Below are positions 36,135 to 45,973 of a stretch of 64,000 bases of DNA, piece after piece (the first letter of the stretch is position 1; every line of letters starts with the position of its first letter). The notes beneath the pieces were generated by a model. That model saw nothing but the letters and a program-made list of their open reading frames with translations, made no database searches and had not been told where the DNA came from. Origin of the DNA: Candidatus Kapaibacteriales bacterium (GTDB taxonomy: Bacteria; Bacteroidota; Ignavibacteria; Kapaibacteriales; UBA2268); assembly GCA_965661945.1 (NCBI GenBank), contig CBFIFP010000001.1, positions 853,592 to 917,591 of the forward strand, read 5' to 3'. The translations under genes were made by a program, and so were the position numbers.

Positions 36135-37143
36135 TTACTTAGTTCTAACAAACTCAATTCTTCTATTTCTGGCTCTATTTTCAGCACTTGTATTTGGTAC
36201 TAAAGGATTATCAGGACCTAAACCCGAAGTAGTTATTTTATTAGATTGAATTCCTCTGCTTGTTAACCAATTTTTAACAGATACAGCTCTCTTTTTTGAT
36301 AAATCAATATTATATTGTCTATCTCCAGTATCATCTGTATAACCAACTATTTCAACTTCCCAATCTTAGTGGTTCTTTAAAGTTTTTAATGCTCTTAGTA
36401 ATATAATTTCTGAATCATCTGTTAAGTCACTAGAATTTGTTTTAAAAGTAACACCCTCTAAAACTAATTTATCACCAACGTTAGTATTATATTCTTCTAC
36501 ATTTGAGTATGCATCACTATTTAGATTGAAAATATCTCCAACATTATAAGATACAGTTATATAGCCAGTCCAAAAAGCATCGTTTATACCATCTAACCAA
36601 GGGTTAATATTATCATTGAATGCAAAATTTGGTCCTGCCGCAAAATCAACTGTCCAATATTTATTAATCAGATAACTAATCCCACCACCAAAATTATACA
36701 TCAAATCAGTACCCGTAATTTCATTTCCATCAAAATCAGGTTTTGTAATACCTGGCATAGGATCCAAAGCGGAATTATATTTACTTGAATAATTAACTAC
36801 TCCCAATCCTCCATAAACATAAGGTGAAATATTCCAACCCAAAAAGCTTAAAAAATAAAACCTAGCTCTTAAATCACCGAGTTACATATCAGATTCAAAA
36901 TATGATGGTATGTCTTGATCATGTTTCTCCTTTGCATAAGCCAAACCTAGCTCTAGGTGAACGTAATCTCCTAAAAGGTTAGTATACACAGCATTTGCCT
37001 TTAAACCATAACCCAAACTTCTTTCGTTATTTGCAGATTCGTTTATACCATAAACAGGTCATGCTCCAACACCAATGAACATAGCTCTGTCAGATGCGTT
37101 TAGCCACGGAGCTAAAAAGAATAATGCGATTAATATTTTTAAC
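36135..37143 (-). pseudogene. OmpA-family outer-membrane protein (N-terminal beta-barrel plus C-terminal OmpA peptidoglycan-binding domain) interrupted by three in-frame stop codons (TGA ~37060, TAA ~36886, TAA 36363-36365) with no frameshift
   Basis: A single reading frame reads MLKILIALFFLAPWLNASDRAMFIGVGA*PVYGINESANNERSLGYGLKANAVYTNLLGDYVHLELGLAYAKEKHDQDIPSYFESDM*LGDLRARFYFLSFLGWNISPYVYGG...LKTLKNH*DWEVEIVGYTDDTGDRQYNIDLSKKRAVSVKNWLTSRGIQSNKITTSGLGPDNPLVPNTSAENRARNRRIEFVRTK. The OmpA_C signature is VEIVGYTD...YN..LS..RA..V...L...G.....I...G.G...P...N......RNRR.E. Confidence 0.7.
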
Positions 37144-37267
37144 ATATCTATTTATTTAAAAATTAAATTTAACATTTGCATAATTATGAATAAATATTAA
37201 TATTATTGATAAGTATTTTTACCTATAAATTAAAAATAATTTTTTATAGTTTATATAATAGTGTAAT

Positions 37268-38860
37268 TCACCCTAAGATCTCATCTGGGCTTTGCGGTTT
37301 GACCATCACTACATTTTCTTTCTGCACTAAAACGCTACCTGAATTTGCTCCTTTAGGTTTGCGAACATATTTCTTCTCGGTATAAATTACAGGAACTAAT
37401 CCCGCCTTTCTCGATTGCGAGTAATATGCAGCAAGCGATGCAACTTTTTCTAATACTGCGTTGCTTAATTTTTCTTTTGAGTTAATTTTGATTAATGTGT
37501 GCGAGCCAGGGACACCTCTAGCGTGCAACCAAATATCATTAGGACGGGCGAACTTCATTGTTAATTCGTCATTATTGCTTGCGGATTTGCCTATAAAAAC
37601 TTGGTAGCCGTCTATTTCAAACTGTCTGAATTTACTTTCTTGTTCCATTTTTGGATTTATTTTTAACATTAAATCTTTTGCAAAATTAACTTTAAAATTC
37701 TTTATTTCCTTAATATTCTTAATTTTTTCAAATTCGGATTTTATAAAATTAAATCGCTCTAATCTTTCTAGAATATTTGGCAATTCAACTTTTTTTAATT
37801 CTGCATCTTTTTCTGTTTTCTTAGCTTTCTTGTAATATCTTTCTGCATTTTTAATTAAATTTAATTTTTTATCTAAATCAATTTTCAAATCATCGCCTGA
37901 CCAATCTTGGACTATTATTTCACTTCCAGAGTTAGACTTTGGATTGGGAGAGGACATAAGCAAATCACCATAATGCCGATATTCGCCTGAAAGTTCTAAA
38001 AGTTGTGAATAATTTGAAAATTGTTTATGTTTTGCATTTAATTTCTTTAATTCTTGATTTATTTTTCCTTCAATTCCTTTTTTTTCTTCATTAATTACAT
38101 CGGAATTAATTGATTTAATTTTTCCCCATTTAATGGCTTTAGAAATAGATTCTTCTTTTTGTACTACTTCTAATTCAGTCAGATGAGTAAGTTCAATTGG
38201 TGATATTAAATATTTATTATTTTCAAAATAAATATAATTTTTAGATTTTTTTAACATTAAAATAAAATCATTTACTAAATTAATTAAATCTTTTTCTGAT
38301 TTATTTGCTAATTGATTTTTATTTAAATTATTTCTAAATATTAATTCATTAGCAAGTTTATTTCCCATAATAAAAGGCAATTTAGCTAGATTATCAAAAA
38401 CTGAATTATCAGGAATTAGTTCAATATTTTTCTTTTTAATTTCCAATTTAGTACCAATTAGAAATTTGCTATCTTCTAAAGAATCAATAATTATTTTATC
38501 TTTTTTTGTGATAATTAAATTAGAAGATCCACGACCAAATAAAATTAAATATATATCAGAATTAATTAATTCAATTTTTATTATTCTATCGAAATTAAAT
38601 ATTTTAATATCTTGGACTATATCTCCAATGGCATCATCAAAAAGTGTAACTGTATTCTTACCTGCACGTTTGAAATCATCTCGCAGAAAACAAGAGGAAT
38701 ATTTATTATCCGAAGAAAAATCTAAAAACATTGGCGCATCTGAATCAAATTCTATAATAACAGAGTCTTTTTCTTGCGTGAAAACATCTGTTATTCTCTC
38801 ACCAATTAAGGTTTTTAATTCGTCATTTAGTTTTAGTAATGTGTAATAGTTTAAAAGCAT
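37268..38860 (-). CDS. NFACT-family protein (FbpA/RqcH-like ribosome quality-control factor), 530 aa
   Basis: N-terminal NFACT-N-like region, a coiled-coil middle and a C-terminal NFACT-R/DUF814 block DIWLHARGVPGSHTLIKI. Confidence 0.55.
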   Translation of the reverse strand: MLLNYYTLLKLNDELKTLIGERITDVFTQEKDSVIIEFDSDAPMFLDFSSDNKYSSCFLRDDFKRAGKNTVTLFDDAIGDIVQDIKIFNFDRIIKIELINSDIYLILFGRGSSNLIITKKDKIIIDSLEDSKFLIGTKLEIKKKNIELIPDNSVFDNLAKLPFIMGNKLANELIFRNNLNKNQLANKSEKDLINLVNDFILMLKKSKNYIYFENNKYLISPIELTHLTELEVVQKEESISKAIKWGKIKSINSDVINEEKKGIEGKINQELKKLNAKHKQFSNYSQLLELSGEYRHYGDLLMSSPNPKSNSGSEIIVQDWSGDDLKIDLDKKLNLIKNAERYYKKAKKTEKDAELKKVELPNILERLERFNFIKSEFEKIKNIKEIKNFKVNFAKDLMLKINPKMEQESKFRQFEIDGYQVFIGKSASNNDELTMKFARPNDIWLHARGVPGSHTLIKINSKEKLSNAVLEKVASLAAYYSQSRKAGLVPVIYTEKKYVRKPKGANSGSVLVQKENVVMVKPQSPDEILG

Positions 38861-38926
38861 TTTTTCAATTAAAAAAAGATATTTCGTAAATTGCAGTTTT
38901 AAAAATGTAAATTAGAAAATTATTAT

Positions 38927-39691
38927 ATGAATACGAAAAAAGATTTAGCAATTGTGATTTTAGCAGCGGGTCAAGGCAAAAGAATGAAAAACCCAGATAT
39001 TCCAAAAGTTCTTGCAGATTTAAACTCTAAGCCATTATTATCTTATGTATTAGATGTATCTTCGAAATTAAATCCTAATAGAATTATTTCGATTATTGGG
39101 CATAAAAAAGAATTAGTGGAAGAATTTTTAAAAAATAATTTTTCAAATGTTGAGGTTGCATATCAGCTCCAACAACTCGGAACCGGACATGCAGTAATGC
39201 AAGCAAATGAAAAATTAGCTGATTTTGAAGGTAATGTTTTGATTTTATGCGGAGATGTTCCACTACTTCGAGCAAAGACTATTGAGACGTTTGCAAATAA
39301 TCATCAAAATTATGGTGCTGACTTATCTGTTCTAAGTGCAGTTACAAAAAATCCAACAGGATATGGAAGAATAGTGCGTAATGAATCAGGGGAGTTTTAT
39401 AAAATTACAGAAGAAAAAGATGCAAATGATTTTGTGAAGAAAATAAAAGAGATAAATAGCGGTATATTTCTTGTAAATAGTAAGTTACTTTTTGATGCTC
39501 TTAGCAAAATCTCAAATTCAAACGCTCAAGGCGAATATTACTTAACTGATATAGTAGAAGTATTTGTAAAAGAAAATAAAAAATGTGCTGCATTTATAGG
39601 AGTAAGTTTTGATGAATTACAGGGAATTAACTCTCCTGAAGATTTGGAGCGTGCAGCTAAATATTTACAACCAATTTTCCCAGCAAGTTAA
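38927..39691 (+). CDS. Sugar-phosphate nucleotidyltransferase (GlmU N-terminal pyrophosphorylase-like domain only), 254 aa
   Basis: LAIVILAAGQGKRMK... G-loop, LCGDVPLL, and YYLTD... motifs of the GlmU uridyltransferase domain. No left-handed beta-helix acetyltransferase domain follows. Confidence 0.6.
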   Translation: MNTKKDLAIVILAAGQGKRMKNPDIPKVLADLNSKPLLSYVLDVSSKLNPNRIISIIGHKKELVEEFLKNNFSNVEVAYQLQQLGTGHAVMQANEKLADFEGNVLILCGDVPLLRAKTIETFANNHQNYGADLSVLSAVTKNPTGYGRIVRNESGEFYKITEEKDANDFVKKIKEINSGIFLVNSKLLFDALSKISNSNAQGEYYLTDIVEVFVKENKKCAAFIGVSFDELQGINSPEDLERAAKYLQPIFPAS

Positions 39692-40096
39692 ATGATAAAG
39701 TCAATTAATCACATAGGTATAGCAGTTAAGAACTTGGAAGAAAGTTTGAGTTTATATTTAAAAATATTCCAACCAACTGATATTCACAGAGAAAGCGTAG
39801 AAGAGCAAAAAGTAAATATTGCTTCATTTAAAGTTGGAGATGTTTTACTCGAATTAACCGAAGCAATGGACGAAACTTCGCCAATTCATAAATTCATAGA
39901 AAAAAAAGGCGAAGGAATTCACCATATTGCTTTTGAGAGTAGTAATGTGCAAGAAGATTTAGACCGATTAAAAAGCGAGGGGATAAACTTAATCAATGAA
40001 GAACCCAGATTAGGCGCCCACGATATGCTGATTGCCTTTATGCACCCAAAATCGACTGGTAGCGTATTGATGGAGTTATGTCAGGGGAAGGAATGA
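39692..40096 (+). CDS. mce: Methylmalonyl-CoA epimerase (VOC/glyoxalase-fold), 134 aa
   Basis: INHIGIAVKNLEESLSLY...GEGIHHIAFESSNVQEDLDRLKSEGINLINEEPRLGAH..ML.AFMHPKSTGSVL.EL. matches the methylmalonyl-CoA epimerase family layout. Confidence 0.65.
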   Translation: MIKSINHIGIAVKNLEESLSLYLKIFQPTDIHRESVEEQKVNIASFKVGDVLLELTEAMDETSPIHKFIEKKGEGIHHIAFESSNVQEDLDRLKSEGINLINEEPRLGAHDMLIAFMHPKSTGSVLMELCQGKE

Positions 40097-40835
40097 GGAA
40101 ACATTTTATACTTCACAGCAATAAATCCACCCAATTAAAAGTTCGATGTAAGTATAACACTTTCACAAAAGGAATTATGCAGGTGAAACTCTATAGAAAT
40201 TCTTAAATATCTTTAAAAAAAATAATACATAATTAAATAAAACGTTCCAACTTTTATGATAACATTAAGAAAAAAAAGAATTAGAAATACTTACAATCCC
40301 TCAATTAAAGCAATTTATTGGGATTAACCCTGTTTAAATTAAGAATTAAAGGTATAACTGTTCCGTATTAAAATGTTTTAATTGCTACATTAGCACTTAA
40401 AAAGAATTTAAAATTGTGAACATTTGATAAACATTTTACATTTATAAAAAAAGAATTAAAAGAATTAGATTTAATTAAATAAGCTCATAGGCACAAGAAG
40501 GCTTTGCAACGTGGTAACCAGAAAATATTTCTTACTCTCTTGCAATAAATTCATCTGCTGATACGTTTAGTGTAAAAATATTTTATTACAAATTTTTAAT
40601 GGATTATAATCTTCAATAATATTATAATTAATATTTAAAATCTAAACTATTATCATAAATTTTAGATTTTGTGTAGATTTTTACACATAAAAGCCGTGAA
40701 TTTCGTAATTTTGTAAAATTTATAATAAAAATTGCTAAATTTTATTAATTCTCATTATTTCTTTTGAGAAATAATTAATAATTTTAAAATATTTTAAAAA
40801 CAGTTTTAAACATAATATAAAATCCAAAGGAAAAA

Positions 40836-42296
40836 ATGTCTGTTAGAGTAAGATTTGCTCCATCACCAACTGGCTATCTCCACGTAGGTGGTTTAAGAAC
40901 AGCACTTTACAACTATCTTTTTGCAAGAAATAAAGGCGGAAAGATGATTCTTAGAATTGAAGATACCGATAGAACAAGATTTGTTGAGAATGCTCAAGAA
41001 AATCTTATTAAATCTTTAGAGTGGGCTGGGATAACATTTGATGAAGGACCTGGTTTTGGTGGTGATTTTGGACCTTATATCCAAAGCGAAAGATTTGATT
41101 TATATGCTAAGTATGCAAAAGAATTAATTGATAATGGAACTGCTTATTATGCTTTTGATACTGCAGAGGAAATTGAAGCAATGCGTGAGAGACAAAAGAA
41201 AGCAGGCATTGCTCCTAAATATGATAGAACTTCTATGAAAAATCAATTTACTCTTGGAGAGCAAGAAACTAAACGGTTGATTGATGATGGAGTTGAAAAA
41301 GTTGTTCGTCTTAAAGTTCCATTTAATGAAGAAGTGAAATTTAAAGATATTATTCGTGGTGATGTAAGTGTCAAGACAAAAGATGTTGATGACCAAATTC
41401 TTTTAAAGTCAGATGGCTTTCCAACTTACCATTTAGCAAATGTTGTAGATGATTATTTAATGCAAATAACCCATGTTATCAGAGGTGAAGAATGGTTGCC
41501 ATCCACCCCTAAACACGTGATACTCTATAAATCTTTTGGTTGGGAAATGCCAGAGTTTGCTCATCTTCCATTGCTTTTGAATAATAATAAAACTAAACTA
41601 TCCAAAAGACACGGAGATGTTGCTGTTGAAGATTTTAAGCAAAAAGGTTATATAAAAGAGGCATTTGTAAATTTTGTGGCACTTTTGGGCTGGAATCCTT
41701 CTGGTGATAATGAAATACACTCAATGCAATATTTAATTGACCATTTCAATCTTGAGAAAGTAAACAAAGGAGGCGCAATCTTCGATAGACCTAAATTACT
41801 TTGGATGAACTCATTATATTTGAGAAATCAATCAGATGAAGAGATTTATGAAATGCTTAAAGAAGAATTAAAAGAAAGTGGAATAGAAAAAAATAAAGAT
41901 TATGTTCTTCAAGTGATTAACTTACTAAAAGAAAGAATAAATTTTGCTGGAGATTTAGTTGATTTTGCTGATTATATGTGGAATAAACCGACAGTTTATG
42001 ACCCTCAGTATAAATCTAAACAATGGAAAGAAGATACACCAAATCTTGTTTTACCAGTAATTGAAATGTTTAAACAAGTAAATAATTGGGACTTTGATAC
42101 ATTACACAAAATAGTTGAAGATTATTTGAATGAAAAAGGTGTTGGATTTGGTAAATTAATGAATCCTTTAAGACTTATGATAACTGGGAAACCTGTTGGA
42201 GCTGGTATGTTCGAAACTATGGTTATCCTAGGAAAGGAAGAAAGTTTAGAAAGATTTGATATTTTTATGAAAAAATTGAATGATGGTGAAGTTTAA
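40836..42296 (+). CDS. gltX: Glutamate--tRNA ligase
   Basis: VRFAPSPTGYLHVGGLRTALYNYLFAR (HIGH-type motif), EDTDRTR, and KLSKRHG (KMSKS) class-I signature; 486 aa. Confidence 0.9.
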   Translation: MSVRVRFAPSPTGYLHVGGLRTALYNYLFARNKGGKMILRIEDTDRTRFVENAQENLIKSLEWAGITFDEGPGFGGDFGPYIQSERFDLYAKYAKELIDNGTAYYAFDTAEEIEAMRERQKKAGIAPKYDRTSMKNQFTLGEQETKRLIDDGVEKVVRLKVPFNEEVKFKDIIRGDVSVKTKDVDDQILLKSDGFPTYHLANVVDDYLMQITHVIRGEEWLPSTPKHVILYKSFGWEMPEFAHLPLLLNNNKTKLSKRHGDVAVEDFKQKGYIKEAFVNFVALLGWNPSGDNEIHSMQYLIDHFNLEKVNKGGAIFDRPKLLWMNSLYLRNQSDEEIYEMLKEELKESGIEKNKDYVLQVINLLKERINFAGDLVDFADYMWNKPTVYDPQYKSKQWKEDTPNLVLPVIEMFKQVNNWDFDTLHKIVEDYLNEKGVGFGKLMNPLRLMITGKPVGAGMFETMVILGKEESLERFDIFMKKLNDGEV

Positions 42297-42789
42297 GTTA
42301 TTAATAATTTTAGCTATTTTAATGTTTGTTGGGGCTTGTAATATCTTCAAAAAAGATTTTTACAAAGATCATCCATGCGTGAACGAAAAAACTAAAAATC
42401 TTAGTATTGAGTGGGGTTATTATCTAAGTCAAACTAAAGATTATTATGGATTCAAACTAACTACAAAAGGTGATATTTATTCAATAACAAAAACAAACTC
42501 GGAAGGCGAATATTTGCTTTCAATCTCAAAAGAAGTTTATTGTAGTTTATATGCAGATTTGAATAAAGAAGTTTTTAAATCACAAACGTTAAATGTTCCA
42601 AGAGATACTAATTGTTATTTTTTGATTGAAAATAAAGAAAATAACTACATGTTTAGAGCATTGTGGGACCCTAAATTTAAAAATATAGGTTCTGATGGCT
42701 TTAAATCAGTATGGAAAAAATTTAACAACAAATTACCAATAATTAAAGATGGTAAAAAAACATATTACAACTTTGAATTTAACGACTGA
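42280..42789 (+). CDS. Hypothetical lipoprotein (169 aa)
   Basis: Signal/lipobox LLIILAILMFVGAC. No recognisable domain. Confidence 0.4.
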   Translation: MMVKFKLLIILAILMFVGACNIFKKDFYKDHPCVNEKTKNLSIEWGYYLSQTKDYYGFKLTTKGDIYSITKTNSEGEYLLSISKEVYCSLYADLNKEVFKSQTLNVPRDTNCYFLIENKENNYMFRALWDPKFKNIGSDGFKSVWKKFNNKLPIIKDGKKTYYNFEFND

Positions 42790-42794
42790 AAAAT

Positions 42795-44189
42795 ATGAAA
42801 ATACTAATTGCAGATGATAATAAGGATTTTTGCTCTACAATGGCTGAGATTGTGGGTTCTATGAATTTCGAGACTGAAATGTTTAACACTCCAGATTCAG
42901 CAATTAGCTTTATTGCATTAAATCATAATAAAATTGCATTAATGTTATTAGATATAGAATTCGGTCCAGGTGAAGAAAAAAATGGGTTGGATATTCTAGA
43001 CTATACAAGAAAAAATTATCCTCAAATCCCCGTTATAATGATATCTGGAAAGGGAACTATAGAAACTGCGGTAAAAGCAACAAAGTTTGGAGCGTCAAAT
43101 TTTATTGAAAAATCTACAATATCAAAAGATAAAATAAAAGAGGTAATTAATTCAATTATTGGATTAAATGACCCAAATAATATAGAATCTCTTGAAATTA
43201 AAAAGTTTCTCGAAATGAATGGTATCATAGGAAAAAGCAAGGAAATGATTGCCTTAGGCGATAATATAATAAGATATGGAAGAACCGAATTAAATGTATT
43301 AGTAACAGGCGAGACCGGAACTGGAAAGAAATTAGTAGCTAAAGCTCTTCATAATATTAGCAGAAGAAACCGTCAGCAATTTGTAACGGTTGATATTCCA
43401 AATATACCTGCTGATTTATTTCAAAGTGAATTATTTGGTCATGTAAAAGGTTCATTCTCAGGAGCATTTGAAAATAAAAAAGGACTTTTTCATCAAGCTC
43501 ACAAAGGTACCTTGTTTTTAGACGAAATCGGGGATTTACCTTTAGAGTTACAATCAAATCTTTTGTTACCTGTGGAAGAAAAAAATATAAGAAGAGTTGG
43601 ATCTGTAACCAATGAAGATGTTGATATAAGATTTATTTCTGCTACAGATAAAGATTTACTTAATTCAATTAAAGATAATAAATATAGAGAACAACTCTAC
43701 CATCGATTAAGAGAATGCGAAATACACCTACCACCTCTTAGAGAAAGAAGAGAAGATATTCCAGATATTTGCGATTATTACTTAAAAAGTCATAATGAGC
43801 ATTTCTCGGAACAAAAAGTATTTTCACCATCTTCATTAGAGTTTTTATGCGAACAAGAGTGGAACGGAAACATCAGAGAACTTATATCCACTCTAAAATT
43901 ATCGCTTCAAACTATACAAAAAGAAGTAATTGAAGTTTCTGATTTACATAAAGTGCTTTCTACTGATGGAAAAAATAAAGATAAGGGCGCAACTACTATT
44001 GAAGAAGTTAGAACTCTAAAAGAGGATTTGGAAGAGGTTGATAAGAAAAAAATAGAAACTACCTTATCTCTTACTAATGGAAACGTTTCCAAATCAGCTG
44101 CGAAATTAGGAGTATCAAGAGAAACACTTCATAGTAAAATTAGAAAATATGGAATTGATGTTCAGACTTTCCGATTGAAAAAGAAATAA
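42795..44189 (+). CDS. Sigma-54-dependent response regulator (NtrC family: REC + AAA+ sigma-54 activator + C-terminal HTH)
   Basis: REC domain MKILIADDNKDF...LLDIEFG. Walker A GETGTGKKLVAKALH. GHVKGSFSGA (GAFTGA-like sigma-54 contact loop). LFLDEIGDL Walker B. C-terminal Fis-type HTH NVSKSAAKLGVSRETLHSKIRKYGI. Confidence 0.85.
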   Translation: MKILIADDNKDFCSTMAEIVGSMNFETEMFNTPDSAISFIALNHNKIALMLLDIEFGPGEEKNGLDILDYTRKNYPQIPVIMISGKGTIETAVKATKFGASNFIEKSTISKDKIKEVINSIIGLNDPNNIESLEIKKFLEMNGIIGKSKEMIALGDNIIRYGRTELNVLVTGETGTGKKLVAKALHNISRRNRQQFVTVDIPNIPADLFQSELFGHVKGSFSGAFENKKGLFHQAHKGTLFLDEIGDLPLELQSNLLLPVEEKNIRRVGSVTNEDVDIRFISATDKDLLNSIKDNKYREQLYHRLRECEIHLPPLRERREDIPDICDYYLKSHNEHFSEQKVFSPSSLEFLCEQEWNGNIRELISTLKLSLQTIQKEVIEVSDLHKVLSTDGKNKDKGATTIEEVRTLKEDLEEVDKKKIETTLSLTNGNVSKSAAKLGVSRETLHSKIRKYGIDVQTFRLKKK

Positions 44190-44190
44190 A

Positions 44191-45228
44191 TTAATTTAAA
44201 AATAATATTTTATTAGGATTTATACCAGTTGTAAAAGTATTTATTTTTTTTGAAGAATTAAATATTATAAGTTCACCAGGGATTTGATGATTAAATGCAT
44301 TTAATATATATATATTATTTGCATCTATTTCAAATGAATACCAAATATCTTGAGTATCATTTTTAATTTCATTATATATTTGTTTGTCATATAAATTTAA
44401 ATAATTTAAACCATTTTTATTAATAAAATATATTTTATTATTATAATATTTTATTTTTGAATGAATTTCTGCTCTATATTCATTAATTTTATTTAAAGTT
44501 TTGAGGTCATACTCAATAATAGCTCCAATAGAATCAGACCAATGAAAATTAATATAACTTGCATATAATTTATTATCTATTATTTCTAAATCCATTGTGT
44601 TTGGTCCGCAATATAATTTATTTATTTCTTTATCTTCATTAATATCAATTACTGATATTGTTCTAGCACCCTGCTCGTTATCTTTAATTTCACCAATCGC
44701 AGAATTAGAAACAAATAGCATATTATTATAAGAATTTAACCCTTCGGGACCTGGTCCAACAACTATTTCAGATAGAATATCTAAATTAATTGGAGAAATT
44801 TTTAAAACTGTATTATTTAATAAATCCGAAATAAAAAGATAATTATTAAAATGTATTTTTTTTAAAAATCTATTTTTAGAAAATATATGTGCTTTTTCAA
44901 TTAGTCCCGTGTTTTTATTAATTTTTAGAAGCTTATTAGTATGTGAAATAATTATGTAGATATAATTATTAATTATAATCATATCATTTGCAGTATCTCC
45001 TAATTTTGATTTATTTATTTGTTCATAATAATTAATGTTATTTTTATTACTATCTAAATTAATTAATTGAAGTTTAGAATTATCTTGCCCCAATAATCCT
45101 TCGGACAAAACGATTATATCACCTTCAATATTATTATCCTTTAATTTAGTATCAGGAGTTTCAACACACGAAATTAAAAATAATATTATTATTAAATTAA
45201 TTGTTTTTAAAATGTTTTGTAATTTCAT
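44191..45228 (-). CDS. Hypothetical lipoprotein (345 aa), the last gene of the riboswitch-controlled operon
   Basis: Lipobox LIIILFLISC. Repetitive beta-rich sequence. Co-oriented with the upstream genes, and overlaps them. Confidence 0.4.
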   Translation of the reverse strand: MKLQNILKTINLIIILFLISCVETPDTKLKDNNIEGDIIVLSEGLLGQDNSKLQLINLDSNKNNINYYEQINKSKLGDTANDMIIINNYIYIIISHTNKLLKINKNTGLIEKAHIFSKNRFLKKIHFNNYLFISDLLNNTVLKISPINLDILSEIVVGPGPEGLNSYNNMLFVSNSAIGEIKDNEQGARTISVIDINEDKEINKLYCGPNTMDLEIIDNKLYASYINFHWSDSIGAIIEYDLKTLNKINEYRAEIHSKIKYYNNKIYFINKNGLNYLNLYDKQIYNEIKNDTQDIWYSFEIDANNIYILNAFNHQIPGELIIFNSSKKINTFTTGINPNKILFLN

Positions 45229-45973
45229 TATTCTTAGTTTTTATATAATATCCAGTATGTAAATTAATATTTTCCAATTTATTACCAAATAAATCATAAT
45301 ATTCAATTTTATTATTTTCAATTTTAGCTACTCTTACAGAACTTACATTTAATGTACTATTTATTATAGCAACAGCGTCTAAATCAAACCCTGAAAGTGT
45401 TGGATCATAATTATTATGATTTGTATCATCTAAAATTCTTTTGGTAATATCCTCAATTTTTATGTATTTAACTGAATCTAATCCAATATCAGACAAATCA
45501 AAAGAATTGCCCCCAGATTCAGAAGAGTTGAAAGGGTTTCTATTTCCAATAGTTGGATTAGTGCCTGCAAGTCCTTCCAAAGTTTGAAAATCATAAGGAA
45601 ATTCAATAAAATTAATTCCATCTTTTGAAACAGAAATTATTGCTGGTTCAGCATAAACTTTATCATTAAATTGATTTATAAAAGCATTTTCAAAGATTGT
45701 AAAATCTGCCCCTTCACCATCAATAATATAATTATCTTTTATACCAACAATTATTACTCCTCCCAAACCAATAGATAATACTTCTACAGGGCTTGATTCT
45801 GGAATAAACTTACTAGCATTTAAAGATGGTCCTCCAAAAATATTTTGCGGATAGTACATAGTTGATTGTCCAGCATTTTGTCCACTGCCAGGAGTGAATG
45901 AATAAACTGTATCAATAAATACTTGCGCTTTTGATGAAGAAAGAATTAGCAAAAATAAAATTAAGTATTTCAT
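45197..45973 (-). CDS. Hypothetical secreted protein (258 aa) in the putative B12-uptake operon
   Basis: Signal peptide MKYLILFLLILSSSKAQ. It overlaps the flanking genes. Confidence 0.4.
   Translation of the reverse strand: MKYLILFLLILSSSKAQVFIDTVYSFTPGSGQNAGQSTMYYPQNIFGGPSLNASKFIPESSPVEVLSIGLGGVIIVGIKDNYIIDGEGADFTIFENAFINQFNDKVYAEPAIISVSKDGINFIEFPYDFQTLEGLAGTNPTIGNRNPFNSSESGGNSFDLSDIGLDSVKYIKIEDITKRILDDTNHNNYDPTLSGFDLDAVAIINSTLNVSSVRVAKIENNKIEYYDLFGNKLENINLHTGYYIKTKNNEITKHFKNN

Noticed and set aside
25827-37060. Alternative genetic code (TGA or TAA reassigned), considered as an explanation for the multiple in-frame stops
   Set aside because: Well-supported genes throughout the window (gltX, gcvPA, RR, HK, giant genes) terminate at TAA/TGA/TAG at the expected positions without extensions. 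That makes a recoded genome unlikely.
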